Below are positions 11,786 to 24,977 of a DNA stretch of 64,000 nt, one piece after another (position 1 is the first letter of the stretch; each line of letters starts with the position of its first letter). Position numbers and translations under genes: made by a program. This DNA is from Lama glama. Lineage: Eukaryota. Where the stretch lies: positions 69,814,001 to 69,878,000 of the forward strand of contig CM052817.1 in assembly GCA_028534125.1 (NCBI GenBank), given 5' to 3'. The notes under the pieces were generated by a model, which made no database searches, was not told the origin of the DNA, and saw only the letters and a list, made by a program, of their open reading frames with translations.

Positions 11786-12289
11786 AAGAGCCTCTAGGTT
11801 TTGATTATGGAGAGGAAGAAGGGTCAAAAGAAGATGGCTGGGGAGCTGGGAGGAAACTAGACGTGTTTAGGCTATGATAGACTGCCTCCCACTGATAATT
11901 CGAGATCTTCTGGCTTTCTAATGGATATTGAACTGGGGCTCATAAATTCTTATGAGGCTGAACAATGCTAGTATGCCTTGCTTTATGCAGTAAAAATATT
12001 ATAGAAAAATTTAGCCCTTAAATTAAATAATTTTAAATGTACCAGAGCAAGCTCGTTTAAAAGAAATCTGAAGGGTAAAATCAGTTCAACCACGATTTAT
12101 TTACTGAGTGAAGCGCTATTGTAGATTTTTAAGAGAATAGTCACTGTGCAAATAGTGTTCCAATTTATTTATTTTTCCTCCTGTTATGAGTAGTATGTTG
12201 CTTATAGAAGTATAAAAGTACAGGGTAGACAAATCTGCAACCACCCAGATCCTCAAACTCTTTCTCACCGCTGGGAATACACAACACCA

Positions 12290-12465
12290 AGAGCTAACAT
12301 GTATTGTGCTTACTGTGGGCCAGGCAATGTGCCAGTTCCTTTGTACACAAGACTTTCCTGTTCTCCCTACTCCAGTCCTGTGAGGTAGGTAGGTACTGTT
12401 ATGGAGGATAAAACTGCTTTAGAGAAATTAAGTAACTTTCCTAAAGTTACACAACTAGAAAGTTA
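12290..12465 (-). mobile_element. MIR SINE
   Basis: gctaacatgtattgtgcttactgtgggccaggca...cctgtgaggtaggt...agagaaattaagtaactttcctaaagttacacaactag. Confidence 0.75.
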
Positions 12466-14344
12466 TTCTCCACAAAACTGGGTTCATTCTCTGCATACTA
12501 CCTTCTAACTTACTTTTTTTCACCCACATATGGACATCTCTATATCATTAAAATATACTTGTATAGCAGCTTTTATAATTTTCTGTTGTATGGCTGTATC
12601 CTGACTTAACCAAGCCCCTGTTGCTGGATATTTAGTTTCCAGTTTTCACTATTTTAAGCAACTCCGCAGTTAAGTATCCTTCTAGCCCTGCGTGCACATT
12701 CATGATTATTTTAGTCATTTTGCATTTTAAAAAGTGAATTTAATTTTTAATTTAGCTGCCTTTTTTTTTTGTTTGTTTGTTTTTACCAAATTCAGAATTA
12801 GAAAACTTTCTCCTTTCTCTTTAAAATTGGTTTTAATTTCTGTGTTCCTTTAGTGTTTCTCGTAAGATCTGAGCAATAGGATCAACATTCTCTGTGGAGC
12901 TGCACAATAGGTCAGTAGCTCATTACGCAAGGGATTTATCTGATAAAAGCGGAACACAGAGGCTTTCTTAAAGAACTGTTTGTGTCTTTATTATTATTAG
13001 CCATAAGGCTAAACTTTTGTGAGGAAATACTGTAGAAGGGAGCAGTGCTAATTTTGCCAGACAGAAAAGAAATTCTGCTTCTACAGTTTGCCTCCTTAGT
13101 ACCCAGAAAGATAGACAGGTTACATTTTGTAGATAATCACGTTTAGCAGATTTATCGCTAGGTTTAGAATGAGCTCCATCACTTTTAAATAGGTCACCTT
13201 TTAAAAAATCTTACACCTTTGTTGTTGATCTCTTGGAAAGTGTATCATTCATTGCTAAGATATTTTGGGGTTGATTTAATAAAAGTACAAGATATTTCCA
13301 TTAGCTACCTTTCATTATAGATATAAAGCATTTCTTCATTTAAACATTTCTCAAATTTTACTATAATATCTTACCCTCTTTGCTACTCTAAGTCAAAATT
13401 TTAATTTTACTTGGGGCTTAAATTTACATTTCCATTGCTAGCTACTTTATCCTTACAGTTTTGGTAAAAGATACTGGAATATGAGTGGTCAATCCAGCCT
13501 CTTCAGACAGAAATCCAGATCAGTTCAATTTATTTATTCCTAACAATAACTTGTAATTCAAAGCAGAATGTAAAGAAACAGCTAATATAATTAAAGTATA
13601 AATAGGATAACCATTTATTTGCTAATTGGTTTTCCACACTGCCAAACCCTAATTTGACTATTTGCTTAAAATTTAAAATTCTATCTTACAATTTTGTGTC
13701 TTTAGTTTGATAGCGTCAATTAAAACTTTCAAACCAAACTTGGGTACATTCTTACTTTTTTTTTTTAAAGCATTAACTGGATTGAGCATTTTATATTTAC
13801 ATCTTTTCTCCAACATAGTAGTATTTAAAAAGAGTAAGTAAAGCCACATATTAAAATTATTAAAGGGTAGAGGGAGGAGATGAAAGATAACAATGTTGAA
13901 GCCAAAGTGTCAGAAAAGACAGCCAGCTACTAAAAGTCAAATAGGAAAAAAGCTCTGGAAGAGCCCTTCAGGTGAGTGTCACTTCTCTGCCTGGCAGAGC
14001 CTGTGCTGAGGTTCACCTAGAGCGATACCGTCTGACTGTGGAAGGAGAAGTGCCCAAACGAATGTCAGGACCAGCCTCAGGCAAAATTGAGAAGGAACTG
14101 AAATACCTACCTCAGGGCATCGTTAACTCTAAGTTTACCTGGCAGGACTTGCCTTCACCAGGAAAAGTGCTCAATGAGTATCTGTATAAAGGCCCATTCC
14201 TATCCAACTGAAACTGGACCTGGAGGCATCATATTTATGGAAAATTGAGAGAGGAGAATTTATTTGCCTCTGGAATTTAATCACCTCTTTTCAATTAAGA
14301 TGATTAGAAATGCAAAATATAAGATAAGAATTAAACTTAAAAAA

Positions 14345-14922
14345 AATCTATTCATCAGTGGACACAGGTTGTTTCCATGTCTTGGCTGGCTATTGTGAAT
14401 AATGCTACCATGAACATGGGGATGCAGGTACCTTTTTGAGATAGTGATTTCATTTCCTCTGGATAGATATCCAGAAGTGGAATTGCTAGATAATATGATA
14501 GTTCTGTTGTTTTCTAAAAAAATTTTTTGAGGAACCTCCATAGTGTCCTCCACAGTGACTATATCAATTTACATTCTTACCAACAGCGCACAGGGGTCCC
14601 TCTCTCCACATCCTTGGCAACATTTGTTATGGCTCGTCTTTTTTTGGGGGGGACAGGTAATTAGGTTTATTTATTTGTTTGTTTATTAACAGAGGTACTG
14701 GGGATTGAACCCAGGACCTTGGACATGCTAAACCTTCTGCCACTGAACTCTATCCTCGCCTCTCTTGTCTTTTTGATAGCAGACATCTTATCAGGTGTGA
14801 GATGATAGCTCATTGTGGGTTTTGATTTGCATTTCCCTGCTGATTAATGATGCTGAGCAACTTTTCATGTACCTATTGGCCATTTGTATGCCTTCTCTGG
14901 GGGAAAAATGTCTATTCAGGTC
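14345..14922 (-). mobile_element. L1 fragment (ORF2 3' region), interrupted by a SINE
   Basis: Typical antisense L1: ttcatcagtggacacaggttgtttccatgtcttggc...gaggaacctccatagtgtcctccacagtg...tgctgagcaacttttcatgtacctattggccatttgtatg. Confidence 0.85.
14644..14760 (-). mobile_element. Vic-1-type tRNA-derived SINE nested in L1
   Basis: ggtaattaggtttatttatt...gaggtactggggattgaacccaggacc; imperfect TSD ctcgtcttttt / ctcttgtcttttt. Confidence 0.88.
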
Positions 14923-14925
14923 TGT

Positions 14926-15061
14926 ATTTAATTTAATTAATTAATTAATTAATTTTAGGAGGAGGTAATTCGGTTTATTTATTTAACAGTGGTACTGGGG
15001 ATTGAACCCAGGACCTCCTGCATGCTAAGCGTGCAGTCTACCACTGAGCTATATCCTCCCC
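14926..15061 (-). mobile_element. Vic-1-type SINE with (TTAA)n tail
   Basis: ggtactggggattgaacccaggacctcctgcatgctaagcgtgcagtctaccactgagctatatcctccc is the reverse complement of the tRNA-like A/B-box head. Confidence 0.9.
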
Positions 15062-16109
15062 TCAAGAATAAAACTTTTGAAAAGCTTTTCCACAAATGGC
15101 AGTGACTGAAGGGGGCAATAGCCCTGGAGGTGGGAAAAACAACTGTAGAAAGAAAGATGCACATGTGCCAAAGGCAGGTTCTGTGTGCTTTGGCGAATTG
15201 TACCGAATCCCACGGCCTGCTGAGAACTGGCTCCTGCTGTTGAAACTGTGGTCACATGTGATCCTGGAAGGTCTGGCCTGGGAGAGGTGAAAACACACAC
15301 TGGGGCCTCTCTGACCTGCTCTGCTGATGAGAGTCATCCTGGGAAGTCACCTCATAACACACCTCCCACTGAGATGGGTTAAGGAGACGTTTCCTTACTT
15401 CGGAGAACTTTAAGTAGGTAGTCTGATCTGACACTTAGAGAGGTTTGAAAGAGTGAGTTTTCATTTAGGGGTAGGGAAGAGGCTTACAGAAAGCATGAGT
15501 GGTTGGGATCACGGATCACTTACCTGGCTGGGGTGCCGTGGAGGGATACCTTTAGATAGCAGCCCGCCTCCAGCTTGAAGTAGAGGCCTCTCGGGAAAAG
15601 GTTGGCAGCAGTAGCTGAAAATGAAGCTAAGCTTTGAAACAGAGAGAGGCCAAACAGGTTGGTTCCCCAAGCTTCTCCACACACAGAAGCTGGAGATAGT
15701 GCTGTAAAATGGTGATGGTTAGATAACAGTAGATACTGAGATAAGCTCTAGAGAAGATTAAGTCAAATGCTCTCTTCATCTCCAGACAGGCCTGCAAAGT
15801 AGAAATTGTGTTATCTCCACTGTGGAGTTAGGGGAACAATTTAGAAAGGTTAATGTACTCAAGGCTGCAGAGCTGGTAGGAAGTGGAGCAGGGGTTTGAA
15901 GCCAGGGCCAGCTGATTCTAGTAATGCCCACACACTGCCTAGTATCCCCCAAGGCTTTCTCAATCTCTCCACTAGCTTTGGAGGTGTGGCAGGTTTGGGG
16001 GGATATATATTTTGATATGGGACTGCGTGTCTGCTAACCCATCTCCTGGAATGTTTCTGTGGTCTGTGCTGCCAGAGAGGTGAGAGATGAAGGCAACTCG
16101 CACTCAGGT

Positions 16110-16300
16110 CGCAATACCACCGCTCACCACTAGGTGACCTTGAGCAACTTTGTCAGATGAAACTCCATTTCCTGGCTGTAAAATGGGAATAAAATAGTAT
16201 TTACTTCCTAAGACTACTATAAATTATATGACTTTATGTGTATGAACCAACGAGGATAATACATGGTTCCTAGTTAATTTTGGGGGAAATCAGCTATCAT
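16110..16300 (+). mobile_element. MIR SINE
   Basis: ctaggtgaccttgagcaa...tttcctggctgtaaaatgggaataaaatagtatttacttcc. Confidence 0.7.
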
Positions 16301-17104
16301 TTTTTGCATGTAAGCTGGACCTCTAACTTTTAAAACAAAAGATTCATTCTTACTATCTCAAACACCAAATTGTTTCTTATTAATTCTTATGAAAGGAGTG
16401 TATTTCTCTTGTAATGGAATAGCCATTTGTACATCTTTCCTGTATCAGTAAGGTCTGGGGCCCATTCTTCACCCCGCCCTCCTCCTTTCCTTCAGGGTTA
16501 AGATAAAATTATTGAAATTGACTGCCCACTGCCATTGAGTTCAACAACTTTTGTAAGCAGTATATAACATCAGCTGTGAATGCTGAAAAGCTTTCAAAGC
16601 TGCAGTCACAATATGCCAGCCCGCTCAGCAGATGCTGGTGGTGTTAGTGGGGCACAACCGCTGCTGTCCCTCACAGAGCTCAGCCTTCTGAGGAGTATTG
16701 TACCATGAACACCACTGTCCCAGAAAATGCCGGGGCCATTAAGAATCACAGACCCTACTGTCCTCCCCGGGCAGTATGCTGTGCGTCTTTCTTTAGGAGG
16801 CCCTGAGATGGTTTATTTAATACAACTGCTACTGTTTTCTGTGATTTGCATTTGATCTGTAAGTTATTTAACCATCCAGTTATTACTACCCCAGTAGTTT
16901 CTACCAAACTTTAGTAGCAACAAAGGGCATTGTTTTTGTTAATTTTTTTTGTGTGTATGTATGATATATGTTTTTGTTAAGTTTTTGTGTGTATATATAT
17001 GTATGATAATCATATCCTCTGTGATGGATTAGTTAGTGTTGAGAAGTACACTCCCTGGGTATATAGTTTGATTGGCAAGTTGTAAGCAGCAAGCAGGAAT
17101 ATTT

Positions 17105-17345
17105 AAAATTTTATTTACCAAATAAAGTGCTCACTATGTGCCAGGGTTTGTTTTGAGCACTTAGAACTCTTACTCCTTTGTCCTTCTTTAAACACTCTGA
17201 GGCAGATATTATTATCCCCATTTTGAGAATCCTTATGTGAGACACAGAGAGGTTAAGTCACTTGCCTAAGGTCACAGAGCTAGCATGAGGCAGAATTAGG
17301 TTTTGAAAGCGGACAATTTGGCCGCAGAGTTTAACCATCGCACTG
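17105..17345 (-). mobile_element. MIR SINE
   Basis: gtgctcactatgtgccagg...gacacagagaggttaagtcacttgcctaaggtcacagagctag. Confidence 0.8.
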
Positions 17346-17788
17346 TTGATCTAGCATATATCTCACAGTTTGGGCCTCGTTTGTGTCCTTGCACATGCAG
17401 TTTTAGCAGAGGGAGCATCACACCTATCCAAACATAGTATCAACTCCGTATGATTTACCATGTGGAGGTCTACAGCTAGGTCATATTTCAGTGTTGGCAT
17501 CAAAAGATATTTAATTTTCAATATGGTGTCAAACATTTCTCTCCAAAAGCTTCTGAGTGCTCAGTCAGGCCTGGTGTGTTGAGTCCGGGAAAGAAGTACG
17601 TTCATTCTCCCATCCCCCTGATTGGCACATGCAGCTGTAATCTGTTCCTGCTGCTCTAACGCTACTTATTTTTTAAGTTGTAGGGCTTTCACCTATTGTA
17701 AATTAAAATATTTAAAAATCCTCATTGGAGGAGAACAGCTTGTATATGGTGAGGTTTCATTGACCATTTTCTAATTACTCTTGGAGAC

Positions 17789-18277
17789 AGTAGTAGGCAG
17801 AATAGTGGCGCCCCAAAGATGTTCTCGTCCTAATCCCCAGACACTATCAGTCAGTTACATTACATGCCAAGGGGGAGTTAAGATTGCTAATCAGCTGATT
17901 TAAGATATGGAGACTATCCTGGATTAGCTGGGTGCACCCATTGTAATCACAAGGGTCCTTATAAGTGGAAAAGCGAAGCAGAAGAATCAGAATCAGAGAG
18001 TTGTCACTATTAGAAAAACTCAAACAGCCATTGCTGGCTTTGAAGAAAAGGGGGCTACAAGCAAAGCAGGGCTTGGCATCTCTAGAGGCTGGAAAAGGCT
18101 GGGAAATAGATTTTCCCCTGGGCCTCCAGAAGGGACCACAGCCCTGCTGACATTTTGGTGTTAACCCACTGAGACCCATTTTGGACTTCTGATTTCTAGA
18201 ACTGTAAGAAAAGGGATTTGTGTTTTAAGCCACTAAATTTACAGTAACTTACACAGCAGCAACAGGAAACTAATACA
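17789..18277 (+). mobile_element. MaLR solo LTR (MLT1, probably MLT1D-like)
   Basis: Starts gtagtaggcagaatagtggcgccccaaagatgttc; contains gtaatcacaagggtccttataag and ttttaagccactaaattt; ends gcagcaacaggaaactaataca; imperfect 5-bp TSD gagac/gagtt. Confidence 0.88.
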
Positions 18278-18713
18278 GAGTTACTAGAACAGTCTGTGTT
18301 TTGGTTTGTTCCTCGTGCCAGCCGTGCAGAAGAGCTGCTTAATCTCATGATTTATTGTTTGGACACTTCAAGTATTGCAAGTATTTACGTTTTGGTGGCT
18401 GTTTTATTTTGCATGTAAACCGAACCACTTTGGGGCAGAGGAAGTTGACTTTTTGTAATTCTATACATTTTTATACCTAGCAAATATCTTAAATGACAGT
18501 GTCAAGATTTTAGGGAAAAAAGTCTTGTTGATTTCAGAGCAAGTCGAGCCATTCAGGCCTTGTATCAGAGTTGCCTAAAAGAAATGTGGCTCTGCACCCC
18601 ATGTGGCCATCCTTATAACCTTGCATTTTTGTTAGGTAAGGTGATGGTCCACACATGATGGTAGTGATGGTTGCGGTGATAATTGCTTGAGTTTTAACTG
18701 CAGATTCCCTGTA

Positions 18714-19494
18714 TTTTTTTAATTAAAAAATATTTTATTGGGGTATAGTTGATTTACAATATTACATGAGTTTCAGGTGTACAACATAGTGATTCACTAT
18801 TTTTAGGTTAAACCCCATTTATAGTTATAAAGTATTGGCTATATTCCCTGTGTTGTGCAACATATCCTTGTAGCTTATATATTTTATACATAATAGTTTG
18901 TACCTCTTAGTCCCCTATCTTCTCTTGCCTTTCCCCCTTCTCTCTCCCCACTGGTAACCACTAGTTTGTTCTGTGAGTCCATTTCTTTTTTGTTATATTC
19001 ACTAGTTTGTTTTATTTTTTAGATTCCACATGTAAGTGATAATGTACAGTATTTGTCATTCTCTGTTGGACTTACTTCACTAAGCATAGTACCCCCAGGT
19101 CCATCCACGTTGCTGCCAATGGCAAAAGTTCATTCCTTTTTATGGCTGAGTAATATTCTGTTGTATATGTATATACCACATCTTCTTTATCCGTTTGTCT
19201 GTGATGGACACTTAGGTTGCTTCCATATTTTGACAGTTGTAAATGTTGCTGCTGTCAACATTGGGGTGCATGTATCTTTTCAAATCAGTGTTTTTGTTTT
19301 CTTTGGATATATACCCAGGAGTGGAATTACTGGGTCATAGTGGTAGTTCTATTTTTAGTTTTTTGTCCTCCATAGTGGCCATACCAATTTACATTCCCAC
19401 CAACAGTGATCAAGTGTTCCCTTTTCTCCACATCCATGCCAGCATTTGTTATTTGTGGTCTTTTTGATGATAGTCATTCTGACAGGTGTGAGGT
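18714..19494 (-). mobile_element. 5'-truncated L1 (3'UTR and ORF2 end) with TSD
   Basis: T-rich tail at left and artiodactyl-type L1 3'UTR; TSD CAGATTCCCT(G/T)TA at 18701-18713 and 19495-19507. Confidence 0.9.
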
Positions 19495-20099
19495 CAGATT
19501 CCCTTTACATTTTAAAAGTCTATCACTTGCTCTGCTTACCTGGCAAAATTATGAATTCTTTGAGAGCAAAAGCACTCCTATACAAGGGCTTTTAAAATTG
19601 TAATTAATTAAACAAATAAAAGGTGAATCATTCATTGGATCATCTGTAGTCAGCACCTAGAGGATTATAGACCCCAGAGTAGATAATATCTTGGAATTAT
19701 GGAAATTAAAAATAGCAAGAATCATCATTCTTTTTTTTTTTTATAAAGAATCCTCCAATAACAATCTCACACTGTGATTTGGAGACAGCTTATATCATTT
19801 AAGGGTCTCCCTTTGTGTAATGTAGAAATAGCACCAATGTACTAAGTAAAATCTGGGGAATTTTCCTGTTTCAAGAAGTGAAATAGGGGATAATAGAGGA
19901 TTTCTGGTAATTTGAAATAAATATGGGTGGACCATTAGCTGGATAGTGTAAGTATATGTTTCTAAGGGGAAGAGGCTGTCTTGTGTAGAAATATAAAAAA
20001 ATTGAAAACTCTTAAAACTATGGGGACAGGATATTTTCATATTTGCAATATATACCTTTAAAATATACCTTTTTAGATTTAGAGTCACTTTATTAAGAA

Positions 20100-20680
20100 C
20101 TTATTTTTAGAGTGTATTTAATCCAACATATTAAAATGTTATGTTTAATATTGTCAATTATAATTAATATGCAACATAGATGGACCTAGAGATCATCATT
20201 GTAAGTGAAGTAAGCCAGAAAGAGAAAGAAAAATAACATATGATATCAGTCGTGTGTGGAATCTAAAAAAAAGAGAAAAAGAGGACACTAATGAACTCAT
20301 CTACAAAATAAACAGACTTGCAGACATAGTCAACAATCTTATGGCTACTTGGGGAAAGAGAATGGAAAGAGATAAATTTGAGAGTTTGGGATTTGCATAT
20401 GTTAGCCACTATATATAAAAATAGATTAAAAAACCCCCCACAAATTTCTTCTGTGTAACACAGGGAACTAACTATATTCAATATCTTGTAATAAGCTTTA
20501 ATGAAAAATAATATGAAAACATATATACGTATGTATATGCATGACTGGGAAAAAAATTCATAACATTTTAACTTTTTCCTAAATCTTCGAAATCTGGTGT
20601 GTATTCTGCACTTACAGCACATCTCAGCTTGGACTAGCCACACTTCAAGTGTTCAGTAGCCACGTGTGGCTGGTGGTTGG
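20100..20680. mobile_element. MER3/MER33-like hAT-Charlie MITE split by an L1 fragment
   Basis: tatttaatccaacatattaaaatgttat...[L1]...aaatcttcgaaatctggtgtgtattctgcacttacagcacatctcagcttggactagccacacttcaagtgttcagtagccacgtgtggctggtgg. Confidence 0.75.
20170..20556 (+). mobile_element. Camelid-type L1 3' fragment
   Basis: gcaacatagatggacctagagatcatc...agtgaagtaagccagaaagagaaag...gtatatgcatgactggga then a short A run. Confidence 0.88.
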
Positions 20681-21321
20681 TTGCCTTACCAGGCATTCAG
20701 CTCTGACCAGCCTTATCCTTAAGGAACAACATCCTGCACGAATCTGAGGTCATTCTCAGAACTATCCCTTAGCAATTACCATCAGTGACTTTGGTGTATT
20801 GTGTTTTAAAAACTGAATTATATCATGGAGTCAGAGAAAACTGGTTCTGGTGCCTTTTGCTAGAACTAGCGGGCAGGCTGAAGGGTACAGTGAAACATCT
20901 CTCTAAGGTTATCTGTCAAGTACGCTTGTGAATTTTGATGGCAGGAGGTGTGCCTGTGCCTATAAATGAAATATTTAAGATTCATGCATATAGGAACGAT
21001 GGCTGCTCATGTGCCTTTGAGAGTTATGATACAATAGAATACGGGCATCATCTGCCCTGGCCTCAGCCCCCGTGCCTCACCGCGCTTCTCTCATCTGTCA
21101 CCTCACTGCTCACCTGTTTATCCACTGCTGTCTTCACCCTAGCCCTGCCCTGTTTATATGCATGATGTTGCTTACTAATTTGTGCTCTTGTTGAGTTGCT
21201 TATTGTGACAATTTAGGAAGCCAGGCCACTATAAAACCTAGATCAGTAATCATTACTTGATATCAAATCTCAGTCTGCCAGGAATAGTTAAGATTATAAT
21301 GTAGAAAGACACAGGCACAGT

Positions 21322-21381
21322 ATGAGAGGGAGAAAAGAGAGGGGGAGAAGGGAGGGAGGGAGGACGGAAGGACGGAAGGAA
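21322..21381. repeat. Polypurine low-complexity tract (GGGA/GGAA-like)
   Basis: gagagggagaaaagagagggggagaagggagggagggaggacggaaggacggaaggaag. Confidence 0.7.
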
Positions 21382-21599
21382 GTGCAATTCTGTGTGGGGA
21401 GATACTTAAATGTGGAGGAAGGAAATAATGGTGGAGGGTTTTGTAGCAAAAAATTCCCCCAGATACTGGACAAGGCACTGTTCTCACCAAGTTCTCAAGA
21501 TAGGTTGCTTTGGATTTCATAAATGCATTGACTTTATCAGATACCTGTGCTACACAGGTGGCTGAGACTAGCTCCAAGCCCTCCTCAGTTCCTTCTGAA

Positions 21600-22880
21600 A
21601 TTGATTAATGCATTCACACAATTTTTGAGCACTTGCTGTGTGCTAGACTTTGTTCTTGATTCTAAGAATTCAGTGAGCAATACTCAAGCTTTCTACCCTA
21701 ATGGAAATTGTTTGAGTTGATGTGTTGAGAGAGAAAAAGGTGCTGAAAAGTGAGATTGAGCAGATGACAAGCAAGTAAAACTAATAAATAAATAAGATCA
21801 GTTCAGACTTGGATCAGCTCTTTAAAGGAAATGTGTTGAGAGCGAATGGGGAAGCCTCTCTAGCACAGTCAGGAAAGATTTGTCAGAAGAGGTAAAGCTT
21901 GCGTTGGGATGTGCAGGGTGAGAAGGAGCCAGTAGAGGGAACAGGGAAAGTGCTTGGTTACACAAGGGAAGGAAGGGAGGGAAGCCAGTCTGGCTGCAGT
22001 GTCTGAGCAGGAGAGAGAGGGGTGAGGGATAATGTGGTGGGGCAGGCAGAACCCAGTTGGGAGAGTCGGGGGTGCTTGCAAACTTTGTGGGGAATATAAA
22101 TCTTATTCCATATGCAATGAGAAGGCGTTGTGAAGTGATCTAAGAGGGAGCGGGACATGATCTGATTTACATGTGTAACAGAGCTCTCTGCTGGGCAGAG
22201 TGGAGTGGAAGGGGAGAAGCAGTTAGGAAGCTCTTGGCAGCATTGTGCAGGAGGAGTGATACTGGCTGGAGCAGGGTGGTGGTGTTGGAAATGGAGAACA
22301 GTGGATGGATTTGAGAGGTTTGGAGATAGAATGGACAGGACTTAATGGATAGATTTGGATAGGAGACATGACAGAGTAGGAGAAGTCAAGCAGGTCTCCT
22401 AGTTTTTTGATGGGTAAGGGGGTTGTAGGGAATAGAGTTCTGTTTTGGCCATTAGTTAGTCTGAGCTGCCTATTGGTCATCGTAATAGAGACAGTTGTCA
22501 AACAGGGAACAGTGATTCTGAGAACTGCACTCATAGGCAAGCTCGGAGCCAGAGGGTGTCAGCATTGAAGTAGATTATGAAGTAATGGGAAATCTAGAAT
22601 TACCCAAGGAGATTTAGCAGGCAGAGAAGAAAGGCAGAGATCAGGCCATGAAGAATAACAGAGTTAATAAATAGATCGAGTAGGAGACCAAGGAGTAGTA
22701 ATGAGGTAGGGGGAGAACCCAAAGAGCATTGCTCCAGATGCCAACAAAATCGAGTGTTTAAAGCAGGATGGAGTAATCAGTTTTGTTGTGAGTTCTTGAG
22801 TAGGGTGAGAGCACAGTGTTTGTCGGGTTTTACAATGCCGAGGATTCCTTTAGGTGGTGATCTTGTTGAGCACTTTCAGA
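21600..22880 (-). mobile_element. Long L2 fragment
   Basis: Begins with the L2 3' end (cattcacacaatttttgagcacttgctgtgtgctag) and continues with purine-rich antisense L2 (ggagcagggtggtggtgttggaaatggagaacagtggatggatttgaga; gagttctgttttggcca). Confidence 0.8.
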
Positions 22881-22909
22881 GGAGTGATTTAAAGCACAAA
22901 TGAGTTGAC

Positions 22910-23150
22910 CTCCAACATCCTCTGCAGGGAGCTTTCCTGTCTCCCTTCCCCGCCTCAGTCCCTTGGGCTAGGTGTCCCCTCTTTGTTCCAGAATACCTAG
23001 GCCTTTCTCTGTCACTAGGCTACCATGTTGTAATATGATTTTCTGTTGAAATTACGGTTCTTCCAGACTGAGCTCCCTGGGAGCAAAATTTATACATTTT
23101 TTCCCCCTAGCATGATGTAGGCACTCAACACATGTTTTCTGAATTAATGA
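22910..23150 (+). mobile_element. L2 3' end
   Basis: ccagactgagctccctgggagc...cctagcatgatgtaggcactcaacacatgttttctgaattaatga. Confidence 0.65.
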
Positions 23151-24207
23151 GTAGTCTCAAATACTGCTTTTTGGCTCATATTGCTTACCCCTGTGTTGCA
23201 TCAGGCAGAAGCCAATGAAGAGCCCAGGTTTCCTGATTCTCAGTCTGCTGCCCTCTGCCTTCTCTGGCCACTGTGAGGCTACCTTTTGCCCAGGATCGAC
23301 CCTCCCTCCCCCTTAGCTTAGTTAACACTTGCTTAGCTCTAGGGCTCTTCTGAACGGTTCCTTGTACCCTGCCCCTTCTTGGGAGCCACATGCGAAAACC
23401 TGCGGAAAGTCACTTCTTATCTATTTCAGAAACCTCCTCTCTTCCCCACCTCGGAGTTCTCTCAGTGAAGTCATCTGCAATTGTTCCATACACTTCATCA
23501 TGTTAGAGACTTTTATTTGCTTCCTTGCATACTTAAGTATCTTAAAGGCCTAGTAGCAACTGACTAAAACGACCTCAAAATGGTTCTTTTTAGCAAGTTT
23601 TCTTTTTTTTTTCTTCTTGGTAGTTATTTTCCCACCAAGGCTGTGTGAAAGTTTTTTTTTCTTCTACACCACTTCTATCACCTTGTTTTCCACTTCATTA
23701 TCCTCTGTTGCAACACCCCAATTATACTAGTTGCTGTGGAGATATTGAGTGTATTGCTAATAATGGAGGATTATTCCTTTAGGTAGAAGAACAGAAGCAA
23801 GAAAAGGATGTAAATCTTGTTTTCGTGCAAATGTCTCCTAGTAACGAAAATAACAAAGTGGTATTAGAGGCTGGTGCAGAAGTGTCTGTATGGGGTTGGT
23901 TTAAGTTTTTAGAAAGGATTGGCTTCCTTAATTAAAGAAAACATTAATTTAAGCCTCTGGTCCTAGAGATTAATTCCTTGTTTTAATACTTTACTATTCA
24001 TTCTTTGATTTATACCCTTTGTTTAATTGGATATTTCTTCATACGGAGAAGATCTTTTGTAGACTTCAGCTTTTAAAATTCATTTCTTAAAACTTTTTTT
24101 TTGAAAAATCTTTTTTTTTAACTTTACTAAAGGAGACACATTTTAATATTGTCCATCCAATTTGTATTTCTCGAAATCTTATAGTTCTCCATGGATTTTA
24201 TTATAAT

Positions 24208-24336
24208 TAAGGTGATCATGTATCCTGATTCGTCCAGGACAGTCCCAGTATATACACACTATCCTGGTGTAATTATTAAGTCTCTCTTTCACTCAAAACT
24301 GGCCTGGTTAGGATACTAAATTATATGGTCATCCTA
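24208..24336 (-). mobile_element. MER94-like hAT-Blackjack MITE
   Basis: Terminal inverted repeats taaggtgatcat...atggtcatccta; internal ggacagtcccag and ctttcactcaaaa. Confidence 0.75.
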
Positions 24337-24977
24337 ATTAAAGACCATGTTTAATAGGAAACTGAGGGAATAAAGTATTTTATATATTTTTGTTTTAATC
24401 CATATAACATATATAAATAGATATGAATATATGTGGATTATATACATACATACATATATGCACTCAACTGTATATATGTTTTTGTTTTACTTTATCCAAC
24501 TAAATTTATAGTTTAGAACTTGCTAAATATTTTGATACTGTAGAAATAGATACATATATTTCTTGTCGTAAGCAAATCAGAAGAATCTCATCTTCTTGAT
24601 TTCCTCATGTTCTGTTTTCACTAAGATAAATTTCACTGTAATAACACCTGACCTGGCTCCTTCAAAGTGAGCAGGATTTATTTTCAGGGAGTGATATGGT
24701 CTCAACGTTAGCTGTTCTGATTTGAAATAACTTCCTGTAGGTCAAGTTTTGTTTCCCTCTGCGCAACACACATACTTACCTCTTGTTCACATTAAAATTT
24801 CCCGTCCTGCGTGTGGAAAGGGTATATGTCCCAGACTGTCCCATTGCCTCGTCTCTCTGTTAGTGGCTCCAGTATTGTTACACCCGAAAGTAGAACAGCC
24901 CCTAGGATAAGAAATGAAAGGTCTTTTAAAATCTTGGGCACCTTGAAGAATAAAAAGTGCTATTTTGATATTCAGTC

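Noticed and set aside
14926..14955. Self-complementary (TTAA)n run, suggesting a piggyBac footprint or cruciform
   Set aside because: It sits exactly at the SINE tail position; a microsatellite derived from the A-rich tail.
15516..15540. ACTTACCTGGCTGGGG resembling the U1 snRNA 5' end (also ATACTTACCT at 24772)
   Set aside because: Similarity stops after ~15 nt; better read as minus-strand 5' splice-site consensus than as U1 pseudogenes.
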